47,053 nt of DNA from Octopus bimaculoides (GCF_001194135.2 NC_068989.1:40233054-40280106); one strand, 5' to 3'. Positions 23,808 through 36,017 are shown, counted from the first letter of the stretch. Program-made: numbers and translations. The notes: a model not told the origin generated them from the letters alone.

Positions 23808-25190
23808 TTGGGTCATCCCATAAATTATGTTTCTGTTTTAATTTAAGATAAACAAAGTTCTTCATTAATCTAAAATATACTTTTCTTCACTTTCTACAAT
23901 GCTCTTCCATCTATCTGGTAGACTTGCAAGGCCCCTCTCCCAAGCTTCATTTGTCCGTGATGAAAACTACTCCTCCACTACTGTTCTGACCTCGTCTACA
24001 GAATTCATATTTTTCCGTCCAAATGATTTTGAACACTACGAAATAAATGATAATCAGATGGGGCAATATCCGGCGAATATGNNNNNNNNNNCAAATGATT
24101 TTGAACACTACGAAATAAATGATAATCAGATGGGGCAATATCCGGCGAATATGGTGAGTGGGGCATCGTTTCCTATTCAAACTGCTCCAGCCTTTGGAAT
24201 GTCATCCTCGCTGTACGTGATCGAGCATTATCCTGATGGAACAACACTTTTCGTCTTGAAACCAAAGATGGCCGTTTTTCTTCTTGTACTGTACTGACTT
24301 AAGCCACTCAAGATTCTCGCAGTAGATCTTAGTTATCGTTTGGTTTGGGTTTAAAAGTTCAAAATGGACTAAACCTTTCAGATCCTACCAACCAGATAAC
24401 AACACGTTACGTTGGTGAAGACTTTCTTTAGCTTGAGCTGCCGGTGCTTCTCCTTTCCGTACTCACTGTCTTTGGTGCTTCACATTTTTATAGAAAACCC
24501 GTTTCTCGTCACCAGTCACTATTCGGTCGAAAAAGGGTTCATTCGTGAGACGTGACAGCACAGAACAGCACAGAACAGCAGACACTCACTCTCTGCTCGC
24601 GATTAGACTCGAAAAGTTTGTGAAGAACCCACTGACCCAATTTGCTGACTTTTCCGATGGCCTCCCAGTTGTCGATGGATGGTTGAATGACCAACTCCAC
24701 CAGAGTGTGCAGGACGTCTCCGTCGATCTCTACAAATTTCCCAGGACGAGGCTCGTCTTTTAGATTGTAGTTTCCGGCTTGGAATTTCTGGAATCATTGT
24801 TGACACTGGTTTACGCTTAATGCCCGATCCCTATATGCTGCATTAATATTCCTTGCATTTTCCGTTGCATTATTGCGTTTATTGAAGGCATAAAGCGAAG
24901 TGTGCTAATATATGCTCTAGAGAGTGAATGTGTGGTGTTCTATGTTGTCATGTCTCCCTAATGAACTCTTTTGTGACCGAATAGTGACTGGTGACTGGTC
25001 ACTTCCATTATAGCTTTGAAAAAAATAATTGTTAAAATCGATCTGCACTATTCAAAATTTGCACTAAGAATAAATACAGAGTAAAATTACTACCTGCTTT
25101 TATAGCAAGGTGATGCAGGTAGTTTATCTCGTCTTCCCCCGACTTTTAGTTCATGTGATTGAAAAAAATCATATTTGTGGGACGATCCAA
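23808..25190 (-). mobile_element. Near full-length mariner (DD34D) transposon with TIRs and TA target duplication
   Basis: TIRs are TA|ttgggtcatcccataaattatg and catatttgtgggacgatccaa|TA. Motifs are IVTGDEK, FHQDNAR and HSPYSPDIAPSDYHLF, with 34 residues between the last two D. Confidence 0.95.
23865..25008 (-). pseudogene. Mariner transposase pseudogene
   Basis: ATG GAA GTG ACC (MEVT) at 25008-24997 and TAA at 23865-23867. Disrupted by stops, frameshifts, an N-terminal deletion and an inverted insertion at about 24918-24996. Confidence 0.9.
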
Positions 25191-25221
25191 TATACATATA
25201 TGTATATATATATATATATAT

Positions 25222-25314
25222 CTCCAAAATTACAGGTAAGAACTCAATTCAAATCAATTTATAAAAAAATAAAATTAAATTGAGCTTTATAGATTATAAT
25301 ATATAAAAATATAT
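25222..25314 (+). repeat. Repeat shared with 46966-47053 (possible PLE terminal repeat)
   Basis: aaattacaggtaa(g/a)aactcaatt(c/a)aaatcaatttata...aaaattaaattgagcttta at both sites, each directly downstream of a (TA)n tract. Confidence 0.85.
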
Positions 25315-25348
25315 AGTTTTAGGGAAAAGAACCAAGTTTCAAGAACTC

Positions 25349-26400
25349 TTGCTTTATATTATACTCATTTATTGTGCTTTTGATTATTAATTTTTCTATA
25401 TGTGATAGTGGATTTTCATTGATGAGTTCTTGAAACTTGGTTCTTTTCCCTAAAACTNNNNNNNNNNNNNNNNNNNNNNNNNNNNNNNNNNNNNNNNNNN
25501 NNNNNNNNNNNNNNNNNNNNNNNNNNNNNNNNNNNNNNNNNNNNNNNNNNNNNNNNNNNNNNNNNNNNNNNNNNNNNNNNNNNNNNNNNNNNNNNNNNNN
25601 NNNNNNNNNNNNNNNNNNNNNNNNNNNNNNNNNNNNNNNNNNNNNNNNNNNNNNNNNNNNNNNNNNNNNNNNNNNNNNNNNNNNNNNNNNNNNNNNNNNN
25701 NNNNNNNNNNNNNNNNNNNNNNNNNNNNNNNNNNNNNNNNNNNNNNNNNNNNNNNNNNNNNNNNNNNNNNNNNNNNNNNNNNNNNNNNNNNNNTTATTTC
25801 TATGAATTTCTTCATACCGTTTGCCTTTAAGTATCATGATTCTGCTGCGAAAGTTTTGGTGTTTATGTTGTGTAAATTTTTTCTTTCAAATTTCCAGAAT
25901 TTTATTGCTGCTTTTGTCTCCTAATAATTTACTGTATTCACTAAATTTTAATTTTTTTTTTCTCAGATCCAAACGTTTGATGTTTCGAAATGTATAAATT
26001 TCAATTCATAATTTCCGGTTATATAAATTTCATTTTTTTAAAAAATATCAGTGAGAAAATCGTTTCAAGTATTTTTTTTCATTTGTCTTAAAAATTGCCG
26101 ACTTCATAGCTAGGATTCCTTTTCAAATTTATAGATTCATGTGAATTCTTATCTATAAATCATCGCTATTGTTGAAGAAATGTAATACAAGGCATTGTTA
26201 TAATTACCACTAACCTTTCAATTGTAATTTCAGGCCTTTTTGTATTTGCAATTTGGTTATTCGAAAATTTTAAATTTCAATTTATAACTTTCCGCTAGAG
26301 TCCGCATTTTTTTCTGTTTTCCTTTTTTTATTTCCTCTTTCTTTAACGCCTCAGGCTTCATGTTTAGGAATAAGCCAATGATTTGTTCAGTAAAGTTATA
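25349..26400 (-). mobile_element. Probable Penelope-like element 5' part (N-terminal region to start of RT), spanning gap 25458-25793
   Basis: QIQKGLKLQLK (about 26230) resembles the PLE N-terminal IPKGLxL motif. VLGKRTKFQELINENPLSHIEK (25457 downward) resembles the pre-RT KFxxLxxxP motif. The minus strand is A-rich. Confidence 0.45.
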
Positions 26401-26630
26401 TGACACTTGTACTCTTACATTTCACTGAAATACATTAACGAATATCAGGTATTCATGTCATAGTAAACTGCTACTGAAAGAAATAATGTACTGCAATTAC
26501 CACGTTATATTTTATTTTAATCTGAAATAAGGTCGTCCTCCACAACTAGATGTTTGCTCATTTCACGTAATCAGACTGATCTACCATCGACAGATTTTTT
26601 AAGATTTCTGTTAATGATCAATCATTGTTA

Positions 26631-28956
26631 TTTAGGGTTTATGTGGTGCTGTACTAAACTAAATCGAGCACGCTGATTCTGAATCTTAACTCAGAACTGC
26701 TGAAGCACGTCAGGATTTTGAGTTACGTATAGGATTATATATTAATACTATATTAGTATCAGGAATAGTTAAGTTCAAGGTAGATAATTATTATAATAGT
26801 ATATTAGTGCTGTATATAGTATATTTATGTTCAAGGCAAATAGTATAATAAAATAATGGTACCTAGTATATTCATGTTAAGGGAATACTCACTTTATTTT
26901 TGATATGCTCAGTTCAGAAATGTTGCTGACACTTCCTCTTATGCTTATGCGTCGTGTCAGTCTCCTGTTGTAGGAACTAGCAGTAGTCACCCATTTTGTA
27001 TGGATTGAACCGGCCTTGATACCTCGTTTCCATCTCAGATATGTCCTGGTGGAACCTTCCACCATGCTCGTCACTAACGGCACCAAGATTCGTTGGAAAA
27101 AAAATCGAGATGAGAATGCAAGAAATGCATTTTAAGGGACATTCAGCATCACATTCTTTCATACACTGTTAGCATGTTGTTTACTAAATCAGCATAGTTT
27201 TCAGCTGTATGATTTCTAAGAAAGTTCTGGACAACTAACACGAATGAATCCCATGCATGCTGTCATATCAAGTGGATTCAGTTTACCCCTGATTTTGTTA
27301 TAAGACATCAATTCTCTGACCTCGGGTCGAATGAAAATGCCTTCTTTCAGTTTTGCGTCACTTTTCTTTGCACCAAATTTTACTCTTAAGTACTGGAAGC
27401 CACAATCATCGTTGGTCATTGCTTTTACGATGATTTTCATGAGTCCGAATTTGATGTGAAGGGGTGGAAGGAAGATCTTTTTCGGGTCTACCAGTGGCAT
27501 ATGTTGCACATTGTATAGACCAACTATTCGCTCTTCTCTTTTAGGTCAGTCCCTTACAGTGTAATGATTGCTGTCGTTGCAGCTGTTCCAAATACACAAG
27601 AAACACCTATTTTTGGTATATCCCAGTTGCAGTCCTAAGAGAAGAGAAATCACCTTTAAATCACCACAAATATTCCACTTGTGAACTGAGTAATTAACTT
27701 ATTTCAGAATGTGTTCCATCGATTCATAAGTTTCTTCCATACAAGCATGACCCACAGGAATGGAAGGTTTTCCATTACCATTATAAAACAACACAGCTTT
27801 GAGGCTAACCTTACTCGAGTCTATAAACAATCTTCATTCGTTAACCACATGCACGTTTCCTAGTTTTTGCATGAGTGCATTAATGTCAGTACAGAAACAA
27901 GCATTATTTTCTTGCTTGAAAAAGATAGATAAGCTTTCATGGCGAGTAGGGAATATGGAAATTTTTGTACCTTACTGTAGGAGATTCCTTTGCTGTAGTC
28001 TGGATCCCAAAATTTCTACCTTCTTTGACGATGCTAGGTCTCTTACTAAATCATTCAAATCTTGATTAAATAAGCGCGGTTCATTATTTTTTAATTAACT
28101 ATATATCCCTCGTCCATAGGAGAATCACGGGGTTCATCGTGTGACGTGTCAAAGTCTTCAAATGAATCATGTGAGAGGGGAACTAGGACAGGGTCCTTGA
28201 AGTTATGTGGGACCGCTTTTAAAGCCGACTTGCAATATACATACACAATTTTTGCTTTGATTTTCTCTGGAAAAACCACTAATATTAGTCATGAAAATGT
28301 AACAATTAGAGGCGTGATTGGTTGGCTATCACCATACCATTGGTACAACAAAAAGCATTCCCTTCGATTTTCCATTCCGCCATTGTGTACGCCCTTAGCA
28401 GCATACAGTGCAACACATATTAGGTGCCCACCTCTTGTCTTCGTCCCCAGCTTTACACTCGAGATAATATTTATAGGCAGTTTTTAATTTGTTGGCAATG
28501 TTCTTCTGCTGGTCATGGGGGGCAAATTTTCCACAGACATAACAAAAGTTGCCTCGGTGATTCACACAGCCTGTATTTTCATGATGTAACACAATGAACA
28601 CAGTTAAAACAGTAATCACGTAGAGCGAAAGATATGGCAGCGCAAACAACCCTGAGAGTTACCAAGAACAAAATGACATATTTGGCGCTTGCACACAATA
28701 CGTCAGCGCCATCTATTACTAAACTAAAAAATAAACTTTCTCATCGTTTGTTTTACTGCTGTTATTTCTTTAATTTTGAATTAAGACCGTTTCCATTTTA
28801 GCAAATTTTATAATACGGCCTTTATCTAGCCGAAAGTATAGTTATAATATTGCGTATGCACATAATTCAAAATCCTGACGTGCTAGAACAATTCTGATGG
28901 TGGATTCGGAACTAGCATCCTCGATTTAGTCTAAAATACATGCTTTTACCCCAGTA
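26631..28956 (-). mobile_element. Chapaev3-type (CMC; RAG1/Transib-related) DNA transposon, probably full length, decayed
   Basis: N-terminal zinc finger NHRGNFCYVCGKF...WAPNMCCTVC; core ICGD-KV...GYTK..FLVY, LPPLHIKFGLMK, KLKEGIF and FPTNLGAVSDEHGGRFHQDISEMETRYQGRF...MGDYC. The ends are inverted repeats sharing actaaatcgag and agcacgtcaggattttga, and the right end is ...ccccagt. The exact left end is uncertain. Confidence 0.8.
26930..28590 (-). pseudogene. Chapaev3-type transposase pseudogene
   Basis: ORF pieces 28395-28649, 28091-28279, 27216-27509 and 26977-27162 are collinear parts of one transposase, separated by stops and frameshifts. Confidence 0.85.
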
Positions 28957-30320
28957 ACAAAATCTTTGTTGGGAAATATATTTTCCGTTCTGCGCCGAAA
29001 CATTCTCGGTTTTTGAATGGGTAACTGAATCGTAGATTGTGTACGCTATGCAGGTTCAGCACGCTGAATGTACGTACGTGCTTTCCAAAAAGGTTTAAGA
29101 TAAATACTTGTACAGCTGGTAGACTTAATCGACTCTTGTTTTTTAGGTATATTATAAATGCGCCATTTTCCAAACAAGGAAGGACACCAAGAAGTCATGC
29201 CTTAGGTGGGCTCAGTTCACTTAGAATGTGAGGAGCTAAAGGGCCGAAACACTTGCTTCAGTGTTCATCTGAAGATCTTTTTCGCCGTCCGCTCGCCATG
29301 AAGCATGTATCTAGTTCTTTGCTAACCAAATATTAAAACACAAAATCAATTTGAAATCAGATTTTACCCAGACAAGATTCTGTGACATTGTGTATTTCAG
29401 TAAATTGAATCGATTTCTCCCTTAACCTATAATTTATGGCGTTGTGCCTTATGTTAGAAATTAATATTATTTGGATATTTTGTTCAGGAGTTTATGAGTC
29501 ACGTTTTATTCCAGTTCGCTTTGGTGTTTATTTCTCTCTCAGAAAAGCATTAATGTCATACAGTGTCATTTGTGTAAGAATCTTTCAGCAGCGTCCATGC
29601 GAATATGTAGCCTTTTGCCTTTACAGAAATTAGAACTACGGAAACAACAGAGATTGAGCTATATGCATTGCTACAATTAATAACATCCGTTTAGTTAATA
29701 AGCTGAAACGCAATAAGTGGACGTTACCTTTCAACCTTCAATTCAAGAACTGAATAGATTAAATCAAATATACCATAGCTCCAAATGCAGAGAATCTGGA
29801 AATCTTAAAATCAAATATTACCTTTCATTGACAAATTCAGAATTATCCGGAGACTCTAAGGTATGAACATTAGAAAGTGCTTCATATTAAAAGTATCATT
29901 CAATTTAAAGGATTATTAATCGAAATTGAAATAGAAGAAATTGATTCCCTATATGATGATATTTAAATCTACAGAATAGATTATACCTGCTCGTATACCT
30001 GACTTTAGAATTGATGATTCAACAATAAAAGAATGTGGATCTATAATAACACATCAGGTTATATGAGTTGCATTGAATCTGTTTCCCTGTTTCAATAATG
30101 GACTTTAAGAATTAAAACCTTGGAAGTATATTAAAGAAAAGTCAGCGAATAGGTACATGACTACTTAACCTGTATTCATCATTCTGTGTAAATCTTCTCT
30201 GATGAATTGAAATCTCAAGTAAAATGAAAACAATCAGATATATGCTTATACATACATATTGTGTGCGTGGGTGTGAGTACCTTTCTGTGTGTGTATGTGT
30301 GTGTATGTATGTGTGTGTAA

Positions 30321-30709
30321 GGAGGCGCAATAGCCCAAGGGTTAGGGCAGCGGACTCGCGGTAATAGGATCGCGGTTTCGATTCCCAGATTGGGCGTTGT
30401 GAGTGTTTATTGAGCGAAAAAAACCTAAAGCTCCACGAGTCTCCGGCAGGGGATGGTGGCGAACCCTGCTGTACTCTTTCACCACAACTTTCTCTCACTC
30501 TTACTTCCTGTTTCTGTTGTGCCTGTAATTCAAAGGGTCAGCCTTGTCACACTGTGTCACGCTGAATATCCCCGAGAACTACGTTAAGGGTACACGTGTC
30601 TGTGGAGTGCTCAGCCACTTGTACGTTAATTTCACGAGCAGGCTGTTCCGTTGATTGGATTAACTGGAACCCTCGACGTCGTTAGCGACGGTGTGCCAGC
30701 AACAGCAAC
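30321..30709 (+). mobile_element. tRNA-derived SINE, family C, full length
   Basis: Head ggaggcgcaatagcccaagggttagg (A box) and ggtttcgattccc (B box), a GC-rich body and a (caa)-type tail; inserted between (TG)n tracts. Confidence 0.88.
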
Positions 30710-31409
30710 GTATGTGTGTGTATGTGTATGTGCGCACGCGCTCAAGACTCATATTAATAGAGAAGGAAACAATTTGTGACACTGAAATGCGGCACTTCGA
30801 TCAACAAACGTAGAGATAAGCCAAAGCGTTAGAAATTGAGGTTATTTCTTTATAATCAGGAGTGTCAATTATTTCCATTTTCAATGTGCAATATACAAAT
30901 CTAAAATTAGACAAGGGAAGAAATCTTTTCAGATACAAAAAGGAAGTATATATCTAAAAGAAAACTAACATGCATATGATTAAATGAACTCAGGTGACTC
31001 AATCTATTCAAAGGCGATGAAGAGGGACAATAAATATTCAATATAGAAATGGTACTGTAAGAAAAAAAAACCGTTATGAATCTGAGATAAAACAAAGAGA
31101 GTCTATACCGAGCAAAATATGAATATTCTTCCTAGTTAATCTGAGTAAAAAAAATATTGAGAAGAGATTCCACATTCAAAAATCCTGAGGCAGAGAAAAC
31201 GTTGACGATCACTAGCTCGTATCTCTGTCATTAGGTCACACTCGAAATTTAGAACATAATCACTTTTTTATTCAGTATCATGCATAGTTATGTAAAAGTT
31301 ACTATATATAAATGCTGATTGAAATCACATTTAATGAGTCTGAAAATATGCAGAACATGAAATGTCTCAGTGATACCTGCCTACCCACCAACCTACATGT
31401 TGCATGTAC

Positions 31410-31557
31410 GTACGTATGCATGTATGTATGTATGTATGCATGTATGTATATACGTACGTATGTATGTATGTATGTATGTATGTATGTATGTATGTATGTA
31501 TGGAGACATACCTACACACACATACACAAACATGTTATGTATATATATATATATATA
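31410..31557 (+). repeat. (TATG)n and (TA)n microsatellite
   Basis: Directly visible, ends at the gap. Confidence 0.95.
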
Positions 31558-32630
31558 NNNNNNNNNNNNNNNNNNNNNNNNNNNNNNNNNNNNNNNNNNN
31601 NNNNNNNNNNNNNNNNNNNNNNNNNNNNNNNNNNNNNNNNNNNNNNNNNNNNNNNNNNNNNNNNNNNNNNNNNNNNNNNNNNNNNNNNNNNNNNNNNNNN
31701 NNNNNNNNNNNNNNNNNNNNNNNNNNNNNNNNNNNNNNNNNNNNNNNNNNNNNNNNNNNNNNNNNNNNNNNNNNNNNNNNNNNNNNNNNNNNNNNNNNNN
31801 NNNNNNNNNNNNNNNNNNNNNNNNNNNNNNNNNNNNNNNNNNNNNNNNNNNNNNNNNNNNNNNNNNNNNNNNNNNNNNNNNAATGGCAATATCGATAAAG
31901 ATATTAAATGTTTTTAAAAAAATTAGAATTTACTGCTGACATTAGATACGTTAGATATTATGTAAAGTTTATATTCGTAATGGCATTAAAAAGAAACATA
32001 AAAATAGATTAAAATAACAGCAGGAATAGAGGGCTAGCTGGGATGGACAATAGAGAATGATAAAAGTTAGAAGCTGATAGAGAATTAAAATAAATTTATA
32101 GTTTTCACTATACATTGAAGAAGTGAACTGTGTAGCTGGTGTATAGCTGCACATTAGTGTAAATTATGAGAGATTAGGGGTGAAAAGAAGGAAGAGAAAA
32201 GAATAATTAGAAGAAGAAACAGAAGAACATTAAAGAAATATACAGATAACGAAGTAGGATAAGTGAGAAGGATTCAATAAATAATTTCTGGTGTTGAGTA
32301 CCTAATAAGTCTGGCATAATTAGAATTGAAAATAAAAATATAAATTAGAAGAATGTTGCAGATATCTAGCGGTGATGCCAAAAATGTTGTGAGAAGAATA
32401 TATGGATATTATAAAATAATTCTGAAGAAGTCAAGCGTAAGTTGAGTTAAGATTGTGAACTCATATACAATCCCTGAAAAGCTTTGCTCGTCCAACGTTA
32501 AATTCAGCTGTTGAAGTCACTGTCTGAACTTTCTACTAAGTCGTTACATTTTCAGAAACTTTTCGTAACCTATGCATATACACACATGCATACACACATT
32601 TGAGTGTGTGTGTATGTGTGTGTGGTGTAT

Positions 32631-32875
32631 GTAGAAACCAGAGCACGAGTTCTTAGGTGCAATCCTGCGTAGATTCATGCGTGTAAGTCCTTAGGTGCAA
32701 TTCTGCGTATATCCATGTGGATTTTAAGAAACTGATATAGTAGACATCCCAAGGAAAAAGACGCGAACAAATCGACGTCCAATAACAGAATGTATATACG
32801 CAGGATTTCACCTAAGGACTTACGCTCATGGATCTACGCAGGATTGCACCAAAAGACTGATGCTATGATTTTTAC
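32631..32875. mobile_element. Foldback/MITE-like element with about 82 bp imperfect terminal inverted repeats
   Basis: 32631-32712 is the reverse complement of 32794-32875 (e.g. atatacgcag(a/g)att(g/t)cacctaaggacttac). Each arm carries two copies of taggtgcaat(c/t)ctgcgta. Confidence 0.8.
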
Positions 32876-33594
32876 AACTTAGGAAAGTTGAACTATGAAC
32901 TTTTCTTCTTCTTTTTTACTTCTTTCTTTCTATCTCCTTATTCTTTTGCTCCCTTCGTCTATGTCGTCATCTTATTAATATATACCATTCTCATTTTCCC
33001 TATTTTTCCCTATTTGTCTATGATGACGGAATATCGCATCCTCGGGGATATTCCAGATACAGTTGTAAGATTTCAAATTTCTTCCTATAATAATATTGTA
33101 TACGGCTTGAGATGTTTGCCTTGCCTTAATGCTTACTGTCCTGTTTAACAATTATATATATTTGTGTGTATCTGTGTGCAGGTTTATGTATATAATTATT
33201 ATAAACTATGCGATTTTTCTTTCTTAGCAAAGTCCTCATTCTTGTATCATATGTAATACATTTATGTTTCAGACATTAATGGTTCTAGAGATATTAAGCA
33301 AAGCACAATCTTTGATTTCCACTGTGGCTGTTTTATTTGATTATCTACAATATTGATTTGTGATTCGCACACTTACATTAGCATATATTTTTGAATTTAG
33401 TGATATCCGTACTTTACAAAAGAATTATACGTAAAGGAATATTAAGTAAAGTTAAATTACTACAACTGTAATGCAAGATCATTTAAACTAATCATTATAA
33501 AACGTTTAATAGGACCCAAGTCCAATCATCTACTTTTCATAGATAATTTAATGCTCTTTCGCAAGAATGAGTCAAGATTCATTCACTGGTCACG

Positions 33595-34060
33595 ACTGTT
33601 CACTGTTGTTGGCATGACATTGGGAAATGACATAGTTTGGCATTGTAAAGTGCGCTACTCTAACTATGAAGTGAAGGAGACGTGTACGTAGTAGTGGAAT
33701 TGAGTTACCCGAGGTAGAGACAATTGGTGATCCAGAGGAGAGTGAGTAAAAATATGTGGGCATTTTGGCACAGGACAAATTCTATGTGAGAAAATGAAAG
33801 GAAATCTGAAGGAAGTCTACTTAAAAAGGTTAGCGCTGCTACTGAAAATTAATTGAATGGAAAGAAGTGTATTACAGGTATCAAAGTTTGCGCTATGCTC
33901 GTTATTAGGTATAATACCGGCTATTTGGAATTGGAATAAACGAAGGATAGAGAATTTAGATAGATTAATGCTATAGAAAACTTCTGAATGGGGGTGAAGT
34001 TCCGTTGTGGATGAGGCATGGAAAAACAACATTAGCATTGAAGGAGGTTTGATAGGGTAA
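33595..34060 (+). mobile_element. R4/Dong-clade non-LTR retrotransposon fragment A (RT C-terminal part)
   Basis: FGIVKCATL..., KYVGIL..., then LNGKKCITGIKVCAM..IRY and a decayed HPxxDV region. Many stops. Confidence 0.7.
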
Positions 34061-34069
34061 TGAAATGTC

Positions 34070-35316
34070 AATTATCTACCACTAACATGTTCACCAATCG
34101 TGTGGAATCTTTTGGCAGGAGTGACAGCTGATGAACTGTACAAATATTTAGATAATGAAACGTTACTACCAGATGAGCAGAAGCTAGGTGGACAGAAGAT
34201 TAAGTGTTAAGAAGCAAGACGGTACTAAGAGACTGCAAAAGAGCCAAAAAAAAAAAAATTGCCAGGATAAATTACAAAACAAAAAAACCCCAATGAGATG
34301 GTGTTTCACAGCTAGATAAGGAAATGAATGGAGATATTTGGAGTGGCAGAGAATGTACAAATATAGCTAAAAAGAAGTATAACAGCCAGGAAAGCGGGGA
34401 TAACATCAACAGTAAAGTTACTTTGAACAGGGAAGACCAGAAAAGGAATACTGCAAGGTGATAATCTCTTACCACCCTTGCTTGTGATGATATCTTCTGT
34501 CGATGGTTTTGAGAGACTTTAAAACCGGATATGATTTGAGAAATAGAATGGGAATGGTTCACTACCTACTATGCATAGATGATTTATAGAAATAATGAAG
34601 ATAAACTTGGCACAATAGTGAACAGAGTAATGATTTTCATGCGTGGGATTTTGAATCAATAATTGTCCAACTTTGATACTGGAGACGTGTGAAGGTAAAA
34701 CAGAATGAAGGACTGTTAAACAATCAAGTAATGAAAAGTTTAGAAGTAAGTCAAGGATACATGTATTTGGGAATTTCGGAATCTCACACCATAAAAAGCA
34801 GAGCAAGGAAGGAACTAATTTCAAAGGAATACTTGACAGGCATCAAGCTGATGCTGAAATTTAAGTTGAAATCTGGAAGCATTGAAAACACAATAAACTT
34901 AAGGGCCATATTAATTATAATGTGGCCGGTCTTGTAAATATGATTATGACCGAAATTCTCGGAAAATAACGACAATGTAGCTTTGCATATAGGGTCAGAT
35001 GTGTAGAAGCTGTACCCAAAACGCAAAAATGGAGGAAAGAGATTGATCTTTAAGAAAGATTGTGTGAACATGGAAGGGAAAAGTCCCAATAAGTATGTTA
35101 ACGAAAGCACTAAAGAATTGATAACAGCATTGGGAACTATCCCTAAAGATCTGAACAGATGGATAGAGGAAATAAGCACAAGTTTCGTACAGCTCCAGAA
35201 AACCGTGTTATTAGGAACATAAAAAGACACTAAGGAGGGTTCCTGGCATCTACTTGTTGTAGCCCGATGTTAGGACTTTTGTTTTCTAACACTCTTATCT
35301 CTTGTGTGTATATGAA
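34070..35316 (+). mobile_element. R4/Dong fragment B: RT core to 3' end, internally deleted, ending in (AAT)n
   Basis: WNLLAGVTADELYKYLDNETLLPDEQK; GILQGDNLLPPL; YLLCIDDL (YxDD); YMYLGISE; C-terminal ALGTIPKDLNRWIEEI...LQKTVLLGT. Confidence 0.85.

Positions 35317-35381
<65 letters not shown>
35317..35381 (+). repeat. (AAT)n microsatellite
   Basis: Directly visible. Confidence 0.97.
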
Positions 35382-35382
<1 letters not shown>

Positions 35383-35740
35383 CCTTGGTGTAGTACCATG
35401 CAGTCGCTCTCATAGCGCCTGATTTTAACTGAATGGAAGTGGTACCATGTACACGTTTTGTCTTATTGTAAAAGATGGGCTACAACAAATGCTCAAAACC
35501 AGAGTTTGTCAGTTGCTTCACGTTAACGAGTGGATCATATCCCTCAGTGGCTGATGAAATGTGCATCTCTGATAACGAGCAAGGAAGCATCATAGCCATG
35601 TGTTGAAAAGAATTCTTTGGAGTTTGAATAATTAACCTCTGAAAACATGAGTATTTTGTTCATCAACCTTAAACAACTCTTATTCAGGGACCTTTTGAGG
35701 GGGAAGGGCTACTCGAACTGAAGAAAATTCTAACTGAGCA
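35382..35740. repeat. Probable interspersed repeat (SINE-like body)
   Basis: A relatively GC-rich island between microsatellites that resembles an octopus repeat as I recall it. There is no second copy in the window. Confidence 0.3.
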
Positions 35741-35879
35741 ACAGCTACAATGGTCATGCGCTGTTTATCTCGATATTTGATCACCATGTTACATACATAG
35801 TGCTGTGACGCATTTGATTGGTGTACCCTTATCAGACGGGTAGTCATTATGTGTACATTTGGTTTGGAATATATTAATG

Positions 35880-35938
35880 AGAAGAAGAAGAAGAAGAAGA
35901 AGAAGAAGAAGAAGAAGAAGAAGAAGAAGAAGATGATA

Positions 35939-36017
<79 letters not shown>

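Noticed and set aside
24020-24153. Exact 62-bp direct duplication around a 10-N gap inside the mariner
   Set aside because: Identical sequence on both sides of a minimal gap is the signature of unmerged overlapping contigs.
29226-29263. Hammerhead-like words (augugagg...ggccgaaac...uuc)
   Set aside because: No CUGANGA, stem II is poor and stem III does not close.
30321-30395. tRNA gene
   Set aside because: It has A and B boxes but no proper acceptor stem, and it continues into a SINE body.
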